Shown here piece after piece: positions 45,201-54,063 of a DNA stretch of 63,197 bases. The notes beneath the pieces were generated by a model. It saw nothing but the letters and a program-made list of their open reading frames with translations, searched no databases and was not told where the DNA came from. The position numbers and the translations under genes are program-made. The stretch spans positions 1-63,197 of the IMG/VR virus record IMGVR_UViG_3300036766_001076; one strand, written 5' to 3'. The first letter of the stretch is position 1, and each line of letters starts with the position of its first letter. Source of the stretch: a virus (lineage: Duplodnaviria > Caudoviricetes).

Positions 45201-46203
45201 CGGTTTGTACCGCGATGGTGGTTTCAGAGACCGCCGCGGCTGCCGCAGGCACCGATTGCTGACTGGCGACCTGCGCGTCTTTCAACCGCGATCCCGGAAT
45301 CGAAATCCAGTACGCGTCGTTGTTCACGGCGTTGTTGTCCGTCCCCGGGAGAGTGAAGTTAACCGGCGCGGCCGAGGTCACCAGATAGATTGCGATGCCT
45401 ACCAGTGCGTCGACGTTGTCGGTACGGATCCAAATATGGATAAGATCGTCATCGGATGCAGCCACGCCTCCCGGGAGCACCGAGAGGTCCAACGGCGAGG
45501 AAAACACCAGCCCCATCGACTGAGAAAATGGCGCGGTCTGCACACCGCTGCTGATGAGCACGGCGTTGTCCCCGCGCGGGGTGGCAATATCGGAGAGGAC
45601 CGGAATCTCCCAGATATCTCCGGGGATTACCGCCCCGGTGGGGTAGGCCGTGGCCCAGTTCGCGGCTTGGGTACCATCAGACGAATCAAACGCGCAGATC
45701 GGTGTTTTGATCGGGGCAGCGACACTGACTGACGGCTGCGCGGGCTTCGGGTAGCCGATAAATTGAGGAACGCCGGTGCGAGTGATCTTGCCGACTTGGT
45801 TGGTGTCCGCGACGTAGATCCAGGTTTCCGCCGCCTGTGGCGGCTTGGCCGAGACCATCGTGAGCGGGTTGCCGGAGAACCCGGCCGAGAGGAGAGTAGG
45901 CACGCCTGCGGCATCGGTCCTGACCCAATTCGCGTCGATGCCCCAGAAGAGAGCGAAGGTGTTGTTCTTCGCGTCGTTCAGGATTTTGATCGTGTGGAGG
46001 GAGGTACCGTACGTGAGATAGGTGGTCAGCCCGAGCCGGGTGTCGAGGCCGCCACCAACCCGGGGAATGCAGTTGGTCAGGCGCGAGGCTTCGACCGGCT
46101 CAAGATTGGTGAGCGGTTTGTTGAGCTGCAGTCCCTTGGGCGCGAGCGGGAGAATCCGTGTCTGCCACGGTTGGTGGTTGACGGCCGGGGATTCCTGCGG
46201 CAT
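42268..46203 (-). CDS. Large tail (nozzle/tubular B-like) protein
   Basis: 1311 aa, beta-rich; LYWSKPGDYDSWP; follows adaptor genes. Confidence 0.65.
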   Translation of the reverse strand: MPQESPAVNHQPWQTRILPLAPKGLQLNKPLTNLEPVEASRLTNCIPRVGGGLDTRLGLTTYLTYGTSLHTIKILNDAKNNTFALFWGIDANWVRTDAAGVPTLLSAGFSGNPLTMVSAKPPQAAETWIYVADTNQVGKITRTGVPQFIGYPKPAQPSVSVAAPIKTPICAFDSSDGTQAANWATAYPTGAVIPGDIWEIPVLSDIATPRGDNAVLISSGVQTAPFSQSMGLVFSSPLDLSVLPGGVAASDDDLIHIWIRTDNVDALVGIAIYLVTSAAPVNFTLPGTDNNAVNNDAYWISIPGSRLKDAQVASQQSVPAAAAAVSETTIAVQTADPAASPLAKLRWAEFGRIGVPLRRGDFQLVDPTSTRNWSTVTGIIIAVQTEGVVAPATTPPTVALDDMYLTGGYGPDTSEPGSQPYDYRVTNFDPLTGAEGNPSDVMPTTDAITIGTPGTFTALRQQVTVTPAASGLAGAKQRLYRRGGQNVDDWYFIGPNTVDGGAIIDDVNDVDALAAGALEIDHDQPVTSVDTSGNALLAQPVRVFFGLIDDLMFALGDINRPGDLYWSKPGDYDSWPAANRLPVCPPSEELMNGVRWGGQGFVFSRERGYSIQVNLAAEQQVQAVPTDCSEGMAGYWCCCACQLGIAFVSLSGVRVTQGGASTLLSVALDPLFHGKSVNGYSPIDFTARNSLRLTAVDNELWFGYKDTAAAYRWMVYSFITQTWRSVSFAVATNVVAGLTVRSGAAVGDPGTYILVGGQASGKGYIHSGSTDDGAAISCQYRSGAEDFDLSEEKLLGEFFVEGDLLTAGLTGQTFLNGESVTNTAQAVSGLSGYNRYVFEPFGTQPQHGRSLSIDLTWSGTAGISPSLAKIGVAFQTQPETTMNRATAWDAPSEHPIYLYGCWIDSDTGGSARTIVVEGLQDSATVTLATLSVNSAAGRRQWFSWVAQRVDQVRLRPSGTCEPWLLFGCRWIYKELPDYIAGWDTQGDILGDSYITGVDLVVDTGGLDKEVKFYVDTALIKTSQLGAVAGKRLVHISFDISTPLRGHIGQILSTDGIKGLLYEYKWVYEKEPGEQYNLNLGFTAAGSLTDKWLKGIILEVDTFNQTKTLNVEVDGMVISSPTFLANGRKVVNLAWAQTLGRIFRVYATDSNPARLYSAPQFLFDEEPFALTRYETQELTCGVPGWKILPFAEIALKSSAEVTLTMTVYGDAGQVVATDSYALASTASLKQSRYVPFAGRKGYLYKFLFTCASAFWLYREESIVWVQPVAGGELQAQRPFGDDDFDNVRAMRNASAAAERRAWRAAVGAMPDA

Positions 46204-46844
46204 CAGTGCCGCCCTTCAAGGAGGTACCCTGCGAGTTTCACGCCTTCGTCAAACCGGGATTCGAAATACGCCGCCAGTTCCAAGTTTTGTACCCGGCTGA
46301 TCTTCGAGAACATATCCGCGAGCACGCCGTAGGTGATGTACGGCACGAAATCGTCCGGCACGTCGAAGAGATCGCCCGCGCCGCCAAGGACTTCGAGAAT
46401 CGAAATGTAGAGCAGCTCGAAATGCCCGAGCGCGTCCGGAGCCGTGGGAGCCACGTCGAAGGCGAGCAGCGGCGGTGTCGATTCATCGAACCATGTCGGA
46501 CGCGTCGGGAGCCTCCCGGCCGGGAGGCTGTCCATGACCCGCGAATCCACTATCGCCATCGGTGTCGCGAGCCCGGCCGAGTCGAAATACACCACGCGCT
46601 GCGTGGCGATCCAATCTTCGACCGGGAGCCCGTCGGTGTACCGGGTCTGCCCTGCGACAGTCGGCACGTCGGCAATCGCGAGCAGGAGACCGGTTTCTTT
46701 GTTGAACCGATTCTGCCGCTGATTGAAATAATCGAGGATCTCGGTCGGGGTCCACAGACCGGAGGGAAACGTCGCCCCGGAGTCATTCGGCTCCAGTACG
46801 CGAAGCTGAACCTCGGCAAGTTGGTCTTGGTCCGTGACGCTCAT
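46203..46844 (-). CDS. Head-tail adaptor-like protein
   Basis: WTPTEILDYFNQ...YITYGVLADMFSK. Confidence 0.6.
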   Translation of the reverse strand: MSVTDQDQLAEVQLRVLEPNDSGATFPSGLWTPTEILDYFNQRQNRFNKETGLLLAIADVPTVAGQTRYTDGLPVEDWIATQRVVYFDSAGLATPMAIVDSRVMDSLPAGRLPTRPTWFDESTPPLLAFDVAPTAPDALGHFELLYISILEVLGGAGDLFDVPDDFVPYITYGVLADMFSKISRVQNLELAAYFESRFDEGVKLAGYLLEGRH

Positions 46845-47545
46845 GGCTGGCCCTGCGGTGTGGCCACTGCACTGCCGCTGGTCACGTCAGCGGTACGCGC
46901 GGCGTCAGAAAAGCGCATCCGGTCCAGTCCAATGAGCTTGCGGTAGAACGAGGAGTTGGCGAAGTACTCGTTGCGGACCGCCGCGGCTTTCATGAACTGG
47001 ATGTACTGCGGCTGCGTAGATTTGAGCGCGGCCACCCCGAGAGACTGGCTGAGAACATGGAGGGCATACCCCAACAGTGTCGAGAGTTCCTCCGAGCCGA
47101 TATTGATGAAGTCTCCAGCGGCGACCAGAATAGGCGCAGGGGAATACGCATCGACGGTGATGGCTGTGCCTCCCACCCCGTCGTTCGGGTAGATGACCAC
47201 CGTCGTCAGTGACACCGGTGCCCAGAGATACGGCGTGCCTGCGGTGGAGCGCCAGTTCGGGAACCGTGCATCGAGCGCGTTCAGCGAGGAGAGGTTCAGT
47301 GCGTCGCTGTTGTACTTCACGCGCAGCGCCTTGAACACACCGCCGGTCAGGGGGACGTAGGGATCGTTGGGAAGGCTTGTGAAACTGTAGAGCGTTCGCC
47401 ACTGCCCCACAAGCACATTCCACACCCGCATCGCTTCGTTGATCGCGCGACGGGCTTGGTCGGCCGACCAGAAAATTCTTCCGTCGTACCGCTCCGCGAG
47501 CATCGTCTCGATTTGCGTCAGGGTGTAAGTGACGTACCCGGCCAT
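46841..47545 (-). CDS. Head-tail adaptor-like protein (paralog)
   Basis: FWSADQARRAINEA...IYP...LLGYA. Confidence 0.6.
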   Translation of the reverse strand: MAGYVTYTLTQIETMLAERYDGRIFWSADQARRAINEAMRVWNVLVGQWRTLYSFTSLPNDPYVPLTGGVFKALRVKYNSDALNLSSLNALDARFPNWRSTAGTPYLWAPVSLTTVVIYPNDGVGGTAITVDAYSPAPILVAAGDFINIGSEELSTLLGYALHVLSQSLGVAALKSTQPQYIQFMKAAAVRNEYFANSSFYRKLIGLDRMRFSDAARTADVTSGSAVATPQGQP

Positions 47546-47546
47546 G

Positions 47547-47810
47547 TTAGTCCTTGGGCGGCGTCTCGGCCGGGAGCGGTGGCTTGGCGGCGGCTGGAGG
47601 CGCAGGCGGCGCAGGCGGCGCAGCGACCGGCCCGGGAAGCTGTTCCAGATGCCCCTTGGCGATGTTGTACTGGAGGAACTGAAACACCGCGTGGTGATCG
47701 ATGTGGTCCTGCCAGAGATGCAGACCGCCGAGCAGGAGCAGGAACACAAGCGTCGCGGCTCCTGCGCCCCAGAGGATCGAGGAGAGATTCGCGCGGAGAT
47801 TCGTCAGCAT
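47547..47810 (-). CDS. Small membrane protein with Pro-rich tail
   Basis: One TM segment. Confidence 0.55.
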   Translation of the reverse strand: MLTNLRANLSSILWGAGAATLVFLLLLGGLHLWQDHIDHHAVFQFLQYNIAKGHLEQLPGPVAAPPAPPAPPAAAKPPLPAETPPKD

Positions 47811-47830
47811 GGCTGTCAATCTACCACTGC

Positions 47831-49516
47831 TCAGGGCACCACGACAACGTAGTTAAAGGTCTGGTTCTCCGGCGTGATCGATCCGGCGGTCGGATTGCAA
47901 ATGGTCAGGTTGACGGTGTCTGCAGTGGCGTAGAAGACCGGCCGTACGCCGGTTTTCCAGTTTGTCTGGAGCGCCGTATTCGGCGAACCAAAGACCGCCG
48001 CCGTGGTGAGCAGCCCGGTGATTGTCGCCGTGACCGGCGTTGAGCAGGTGCCGTTGGTCACGGCGGTCGTCGCAAAGGCCAAGGTGCCGCGCTTGATGAG
48101 CGCGAGCTTGACCGTCGTGAGCTTGGGATCATCTGCCGTCGCCACGGTGCCTTGAGAGAATGCCGCCGGCTGAATCGTTAGGTTGTTCGTTGCGGCGGTA
48201 CCGAGGATCGCCGAGAGAAATGGGAGTGCCGTTGTACCGAGAGTGGAGGTACCTGCGGTGCCCGTGTAATTGCCATTGGCAAGGACCGTCCCTCCCTTGT
48301 TGATCGCGAACTCCACCGTGGTGCCTGCGGCGCCGCCGAGCCAGCGCGCGTAGGTGGAGGCGGCGGCTGAGGCGGTTTCGGTAAATACGTACTCCACTCC
48401 GCGGAAGGTCACTCCGGCGGCGTTCCACGTCTGCGTCCAATTCCACGGCGTCGAGGAGGTGATCGTTCCGGAGGCCAAGGTCAACGGGATGTCCGCCGAG
48501 ACCAGCGCGCGGAAGGTCGGCGCGGCGGCAGACCCGGAGGTGGGTCCGGCCCAGACCAAGTTCGCCGCTTCAGTCGCGAGCGAAACGGTGATCGTACCTG
48601 AAGTGGTAATCGGCGAGCTTGCCACCGAGAAGATCGCGGGCATGGCGAGCCCGGCGGACGTGACAGTGCCGGTGCCGACGGCTACAGCGATGCAGGAAAA
48701 GGTATTCGTTGCGGTGGTATACCCCAGCGCCGAGGTCGTCGTCGTGCAGTTGGGGACCGCCTTGGCGACCCACGCGGACCCGGAGCTGACCATGACGGTG
48801 TCGTCCGCCGCAGTGGAGAGATTGGTCCCACCGTTAGCGAAGGGCAGAACTCCGGCGACGTCGGTGGTCAGCGTGATCCCGGCCGCGAGGCTCAGCTTGG
48901 ATCGGACGATCGCCGCACCGGCCGCAATCTCCGTGTTCGTGATACCGACGAGCCGCGCGAGCGGCACCGTCCCCGAAGTCAGTTGCGTCGCGTTGAGCGC
49001 AGTGAGATTCACTCCGGAGATGGCCCCGAGCGTACCTGTGATATTCGCCGCCGGGATGCTCGTCAGCGCGGAGGCGTCAGTTCCCCAGGTGACATCTGTG
49101 CCGTCGTTCGTCAAGACGTACTTCGTGGTACCGCGTGCGAGGCGCTTCCACGTCGGCGAGGCGCCCTGCCCGGTGATGACATCCCCACGAACGACGGTAT
49201 CCGCCGTCGTATCCGCGTGCGTCGTCGAGAGGATATTGTGCGGCGTGACGCCGCCGCCCGACCCCGCAATCAGGCCGCCGTTGAAGTACAGATTCCCGGC
49301 GGTATCCGCGTAGATTCGGTAGGTTGTGATGGAGGGGATCGCCGCGTTCGCCACGCGAAGATCCGAGAAGGTCTGCGTCCCGGTCCACGGGGAATTCCGC
49401 GTGAGCAATCGCAGGACTTGGTTGGAGAGGGTATCCTGCGCAACGAGACGCGGCGCGGCGTTCAGCGCCAAGAGTCCTGCGATTACCAATACTGTCAGCC
49501 GAGTACGTGCGGCCAT
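47831..49516 (-). CDS. Thr/Ser-rich fibre-like protein with N-terminal signal peptide
   Basis: MAARTRLTVLVIAGLLALNAAPRLVA/QD; fibre motifs GVLPFANGGT, AGPTSGSAAAPTFRALV. Confidence 0.65.
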   Translation of the reverse strand: MAARTRLTVLVIAGLLALNAAPRLVAQDTLSNQVLRLLTRNSPWTGTQTFSDLRVANAAIPSITTYRIYADTAGNLYFNGGLIAGSGGGVTPHNILSTTHADTTADTVVRGDVITGQGASPTWKRLARGTTKYVLTNDGTDVTWGTDASALTSIPAANITGTLGAISGVNLTALNATQLTSGTVPLARLVGITNTEIAAGAAIVRSKLSLAAGITLTTDVAGVLPFANGGTNLSTAADDTVMVSSGSAWVAKAVPNCTTTTSALGYTTATNTFSCIAVAVGTGTVTSAGLAMPAIFSVASSPITTSGTITVSLATEAANLVWAGPTSGSAAAPTFRALVSADIPLTLASGTITSSTPWNWTQTWNAAGVTFRGVEYVFTETASAAASTYARWLGGAAGTTVEFAINKGGTVLANGNYTGTAGTSTLGTTALPFLSAILGTAATNNLTIQPAAFSQGTVATADDPKLTTVKLALIKRGTLAFATTAVTNGTCSTPVTATITGLLTTAAVFGSPNTALQTNWKTGVRPVFYATADTVNLTICNPTAGSITPENQTFNYVVVVP

Positions 49517-50347
49517 CTACCCTCCTCCACTATCCGATCCTGGGGCGACCGTGGCGCTGCAGGCATCGCCGCCCTCGGTCCCCGGCGCGACTGTTGAGGA
49601 ACACCCCGCCCCGCCGCCGGTGTCCGTGCCCGGAGACAGCGTAGACGAATTTCCCGCCGTCGTCGAGGGGATGGTGATCGTGTAGACCTTCGAGACGCCC
49701 GGGCACGCGGCCCCGGCTACGTCGGTACAGTACGCCGAAAATGCGTAGACTCCGGTAGTCGTCGGTGTACCGCTGATGAGGCCCCCCGAAGAGAGCGAGA
49801 GCCCCGGCGGGAGGCTCCCTGAATAGAGAGTGAAGGTGTAGGGGGCGGTTCCCCCCGACCCGATAAGTTGCTGCGCGGCCGGATAGGTCACGCCGACGGC
49901 TCCGTTAGCCAAACTCGTCGGCAGGAGAATCGCGAGTTGGGTGTTGCAGACAATCGTCAGGGTGCCGCTGCCCGGCCCCGGCGTGTTCACGTTGTTAGTG
50001 TCGAAGATCCCGTGGGCGAGGTAGACCAAGACTGCGTGCGTGCCCGGTCCGAGATCCCGGATGATCGTATTGGAGATCGTAATCGAGACGATCGCGCCAT
50101 CGCCGAGGCCGACGGCGCCGATCAGCCCGGTCTTGGTCGAGGAATTCCACGCGGCCGTGGTACCGATGTAAATTGCGGTACTGGCGTCAGCGGTGGTTGT
50201 TGGACCAGTGCATCCACCGAGACCGTCATAGCCGTTATTGTGGTAGACCCCGCGATTCGGGCCGATGAATGGGTTTCCAACGCCGCCAGGGTACGATCCA
50301 GAGAGCGTGACCAATCCGCCAGTGAACAGCGGCAGACACGCGGCCAT
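49517..50347 (-). CDS. Ig-like (He_PIG-type) domain virion protein
   Basis: GGTAPYTF...GSLPPGLSLSSGGLISGTPT. Confidence 0.75.
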   Translation of the reverse strand: MAACLPLFTGGLVTLSGSYPGGVGNPFIGPNRGVYHNNGYDGLGGCTGPTTTADASTAIYIGTTAAWNSSTKTGLIGAVGLGDGAIVSITISNTIIRDLGPGTHAVLVYLAHGIFDTNNVNTPGPGSGTLTIVCNTQLAILLPTSLANGAVGVTYPAAQQLIGSGGTAPYTFTLYSGSLPPGLSLSSGGLISGTPTTTGVYAFSAYCTDVAGAACPGVSKVYTITIPSTTAGNSSTLSPGTDTGGGAGCSSTVAPGTEGGDACSATVAPGSDSGGG

Positions 50348-50661
50348 CAGTCCCCGCCACGATCTGCCCTGCGATGACTGCGCATCTCGTCCAGAATCCC
50401 CACGGTGTTCTGCACATGCCCGACGATGGTCGTAATGACCTTTTGTTGTTCGTCGTACCGCGTGGTGACTGCCGCAAAGGATGTTCGCATGTCCGTCTTT
50501 AACTCACTGACGACAGAGCGAAGTTGCCTGACCTGCTCGCGCATGATCGCGAAGGCCACAATCACCCCGACGATGGTCGTCCCGATCATGACAATCTGCC
50601 CAAGGTCGATCTTGGGGTCGAAGGTCAAGGCAAGCAGAGAAAGCGGAAGCCGCGACAGCAC
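50347..50661 (-). CDS. Membrane protein with coiled coil
   Basis: TM segment followed by heptads. Confidence 0.6.
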   Translation of the reverse strand: MLSRLPLSLLALTFDPKIDLGQIVMIGTTIVGVIVAFAIMREQVRQLRSVVSELKTDMRTSFAAVTTRYDEQQKVITTIVGHVQNTVGILDEMRSHRRADRGGD

Positions 50662-50671
50662 CGTCGCCTCC

Positions 50672-51013
50672 TCAGAATCCGATCAGCAAAAAATGCAGCT
50701 TCTCGTTGTTGGTCCCCAAGACGTAGACCGTCGAAGGCTTGATCCGGGACGCCGCCAGCGGACCGATGGAAAATGGCACCGCCGGAATGCTACCGACCGG
50801 TTTCGCCAGCTCGAAGGCGTACACCCCCGAGGCGACATCCGCGTCGCCGACCTTGATGATGTTCGAGTTCGCGCTGTCCGGCTGCAGAAGAATCTGCTGC
50901 ACCGGAATGTCGTCCGCGCCACCTGCGGCCGGCGTTGCAAATGCCGCTGCGAGCGATTGCGCGACGCCCGTAAGCGTCAGGGTGTACTGCCTGACGCTGT
51001 AGCCGTGAGCCAT
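50672..51013 (-). CDS. Small beta-rich structural protein
   Basis: GAGGAGG RBS; position in the structural operon. Confidence 0.55.
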   Translation of the reverse strand: MAHGYSVRQYTLTLTGVAQSLAAAFATPAAGGADDIPVQQILLQPDSANSNIIKVGDADVASGVYAFELAKPVGSIPAVPFSIGPLAASRIKPSTVYVLGTNNEKLHFLLIGF

Positions 51014-51028
51014 GCTGACCTCCTCGCG

Positions 51029-51256
51029 CTACGAGCGCGGCTCCGAACCTTTGATGCCGGTCAGCCCAGTCCCAACCGCCGTGTCGTCGTCACGCACGGA
51101 CATCCCGCCGACCTCGGCCATGATGCCCGCGGTGCCCTTCTGCCCGTCCCGGATGTCGTCCCCGTCGACGATGGTCCCGTCCGGCGTGTCGCGCGGGCCG
51201 GGCGGAGTCACGACGCAGTCTTTGTACGGAGTGTCGATGCCGTTCACGGTTGCCAT
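51029..51256 (-). CDS. Hypothetical protein
   Basis: AAGGAG RBS. Confidence 0.6.
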   Translation of the reverse strand: MATVNGIDTPYKDCVVTPPGPRDTPDGTIVDGDDIRDGQKGTAGIMAEVGGMSVRDDDTAVGTGLTGIKGSEPRS

Positions 51257-51280
51257 GATTCTGATCTCCTTTGATCTCGT

Positions 51281-52249
51281 TTAGAGGTACACGTCGCCCA
51301 GAGAAACATCGTGACTCTGCATCCAGTTCGAGTCCCACGGGACTTGTGCGAGCGGGTAATCGACCAAGACCTTCCACGTCGGGTAGAGATCCTCGTCGTC
51401 GGTCGCCAGTTCGTCCAGCATATCGTAGAACCGCGCCTCGTGGTTGGCTGAGAGATTGAGATTGAAGTACGGATTCTTCTTGTCTGTCCCGTTCAACCCC
51501 GGCCAGAGCGCCGCCCGACACAGCATCCCTTCAAGGAAGATGTCGAACCCGCGTCGCGCGAACGGCCCGACGAAGATCGATTCCTCATCGAGAATTTCCG
51601 GCTTGCGCTTGTAGAGCAGCGGGTAGCTGCGCTTGGTCGTCCCGTACGGCCACATCTCGTACCGGGCCCGTGGGGCGGTGGTGACGTTCGATGTGTCCGC
51701 CACGTTGTAGCGTTGCGACACTAGGCACCGAGGAGAGATCGAGCTCTGCCGCCCCGGATCCCACCGGTTGATCTCGTCTTCGGTGATGCCCCAGCGCAGC
51801 CGCCACTTGTTCACCGGATCGACCACGGCGAGGAACTGCTGAAAGTTCTCCGGCATGGTCACGTAGGCGTCGAGGATCACCGCAGACGCCGCCGGGTCGG
51901 TCGTCCCGGTGAACACCTGGTCAATCGTGCAGGAGGTCGCCCCGGCAAGGCTGACGGTCAGGATTGAGTAGATCGGCAGCGCCGACGCCAGCCGGAACTG
52001 CCGCCCGACATCTGTCGCCGCGAAGACCATGCCGTTTCCGGCGACGGTCGCACTATCGACCGTGACCCCGACGGTACCCGTTTTCTGATCGTTGACGTTG
52101 ATCAGTGACTCGGTCCGCAGGTGCGACCAGTTCCGGCGCTGGCACGCACGGTTGTAGGCCCACTGCGCCCAGGTACGCAGGAGAACCGGGTCTGCGAGAG
52201 GGCAGTGCAACCCGGCCACCTGCCACGCGGCACGAAACGTATCGCTCAT
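51281..52249 (-). CDS. Head-tail adaptor-like protein
   Basis: AYNRACQRRNWSHL...MWPY; position after capsid genes. Confidence 0.55.
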   Translation of the reverse strand: MSDTFRAAWQVAGLHCPLADPVLLRTWAQWAYNRACQRRNWSHLRTESLINVNDQKTGTVGVTVDSATVAGNGMVFAATDVGRQFRLASALPIYSILTVSLAGATSCTIDQVFTGTTDPAASAVILDAYVTMPENFQQFLAVVDPVNKWRLRWGITEDEINRWDPGRQSSISPRCLVSQRYNVADTSNVTTAPRARYEMWPYGTTKRSYPLLYKRKPEILDEESIFVGPFARRGFDIFLEGMLCRAALWPGLNGTDKKNPYFNLNLSANHEARFYDMLDELATDDEDLYPTWKVLVDYPLAQVPWDSNWMQSHDVSLGDVYL

Positions 52250-52278
52250 GCGTCACCGAGGCTGCGCGCCCGGGTGCC

Positions 52279-52626
52279 CTAGCCCTTGCCGAACGCGACC
52301 CCGTTGCCGATGTAGGTCGAGAGGTCGGTGCCGTCGGTGACTTCCTTCAGCGCCGCGTTCGAGCCGGAGTCGAAGAACGCCTGCATCTTGTTGGTCGTCA
52401 GGTTGTAGTGATAGACGACCGCGTGCAGGCCGTCGGTGGGCACGCCGAGGAACGGCGGCACCCACTCGATGACGCCGAGCTTGAAGACCTGTGCGGCCTG
52501 CGCTTCACCCCCGGCCGCGTAGGAAGTCGGGCCGTAGTACTGGAACGGGGAGAGCGCGGAATGTCCGTAGACGTCCATGCCGCGCGGATTGGGAGCAACG
52601 TTTCGTGTGACAGCACCAACAGCCAT
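52279..52626 (-). CDS. Small structural (decoration-like) protein
   Basis: GPTSYAAGG...EVTDGTDLS. Confidence 0.55.
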   Translation of the reverse strand: MAVGAVTRNVAPNPRGMDVYGHSALSPFQYYGPTSYAAGGEAQAAQVFKLGVIEWVPPFLGVPTDGLHAVVYHYNLTTNKMQAFFDSGSNAALKEVTDGTDLSTYIGNGVAFGKG

Positions 52627-52628
52627 GG

Positions 52629-53750
52629 TCAGACTCCTTCAGAAACAGGCGAAATCGAGACCGCCTTCGGGATGAAGGGGTCCATGAGCGAGGGGCAGAG
52701 CAGCAGGAGCCCCTGAGCGGCGACGAGCGAGAATCCGATCATCGGCCGGTACATCTGGTGCTCGTTGATGGCTTCGGTGATGCGCATGAGGAAGCGCGGT
52801 GTCAGATCAACCCCCGCCCAGAGGAGCCCGAAGATGAGGAGATCGTACCGGCGATCAGCCCAAAGGGCGTGACGGCGCAGCCAGAGGTACGTCAGGCCAA
52901 CGGCTAAGGTGACGATTCCCGCGAGCGCGAGGTACTGCACCGGAGCGGCGACTACCTCGAAGTCATGATCGACGGATTGCCCGACAAGCGTCGGAACCAT
53001 GAGGAGATAGCGCCAGACGGCAGTCGCCTGCCACGAAAGAAATTGACCCCCGGAGAAGGCCGTTTCGACATTCGGTGTGATGGCCTGCCCTGTATGCCAT
53101 GCGACACGGACAAGTACTCCCACGGCACCGAGACCTGCAAGCGCCCACATAAGGGAGAGGCGGGTACGGTACTTGTACATAGCGACAAGGACGACGAGCG
53201 GGAGTGCGGTGATCCCTGACTGCTTTCCTGCATATGCGGCGAGACATCCCAGTCCAATACCCAGCCATCGCCAGCGTGAGGACGACAAGGCCGCGACGCA
53301 GGCCAAAAGTACACCCATGGTAGAAAGAATCTCTGTCGCATTCTCTGCGTAGAGTACCGACTCTGAGGAGAGAGGATGCAACAGGAAAATGTACACTCCT
53401 GTCAGCGCAACAGCCCTGCCAATTTGCATGCGCTGGAATAGCCAGTAGAGCAGCGTGCCGTTGAGAAGGTGGCCAGTAAGATTCAGCGCATGAAACGGCC
53501 ACGCCGCGCCGGATCCGAGCCATGTACAGAAGGCGTATCCCACATAAGCGAGCGATTTGGCATCGAGACGTACGATGCCGAGCAGGAGAGATCGGGGGGT
53601 GCTGTTCCCGAAACTTACCAGCCAATCTTCATAGACAAAGGTCGCTCCCAAGGATCGCACGTAGACCAACCCTGTGAGCAGCAGCAGCCCGCAGAGCGTT
53701 ATGGCAGCCCGCGGCACTGCCACCCTCCGCGTTGCTGGTCTGGAGTACAC
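52629..53750 (-). CDS. TMTC-like GT-C membrane glycosyltransferase, N-terminal multi-TM part
   Basis: FVYED, FHALNLTGHLLN, FLLHPLSSESV, KQSG, EHQMYRP; about 10 hydrophobic segments. Confidence 0.75.
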   Translation of the reverse strand: MYSRPATRRVAVPRAAITLCGLLLLTGLVYVRSLGATFVYEDWLVSFGNSTPRSLLLGIVRLDAKSLAYVGYAFCTWLGSGAAWPFHALNLTGHLLNGTLLYWLFQRMQIGRAVALTGVYIFLLHPLSSESVLYAENATEILSTMGVLLACVAALSSSRWRWLGIGLGCLAAYAGKQSGITALPLVVLVAMYKYRTRLSLMWALAGLGAVGVLVRVAWHTGQAITPNVETAFSGGQFLSWQATAVWRYLLMVPTLVGQSVDHDFEVVAAPVQYLALAGIVTLAVGLTYLWLRRHALWADRRYDLLIFGLLWAGVDLTPRFLMRITEAINEHQMYRPMIGFSLVAAQGLLLLCPSLMDPFIPKAVSISPVSEGV

Positions 53751-54061
53751 CCGCCCTGATCAATCTGGGCTTGAAGAAGGATCCCGAGGTTGCGCCGCGC
53801 GAGGGTATGCAGCAGCGCCGAACGCTGATTCGGCCGGGCGTCGATCAGTTGCTCTGCGCGGGTGAATGCGTGAAAGGCCGCAGCGGTTTGCTGGCGCTCG
53901 GCCAGTTCCTTCCCGTAGTTGATCCACGGCCGCGGTTTGTACGGGGCTTTCGCCACCGCGTCTTTCCAGAGAGAAAAATCCGACTGCCACACCTGGACGC
54001 GGCCTGCCGTGAGGATTGGCAAGCAGACGAGCCACGCCCAGATGAGCAGTCGGCGATGCAC
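53699..54061 (-). CDS. TMTC-like C-terminal part (last TM plus TPR)
   Basis: TAGRVQVWQSDFSLWKDAVAKAPYKPRPWINYG followed by TPR-like helices; GTG at 54061. Confidence 0.7.
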   Translation of the reverse strand: MHRRLLIWAWLVCLPILTAGRVQVWQSDFSLWKDAVAKAPYKPRPWINYGKELAERQQTAAAFHAFTRAEQLIDARPNQRSALLHTLARRNLGILLQAQIDQGGCTPDQQRGGWQCRGLP

Positions 54062-54063
54062 GA

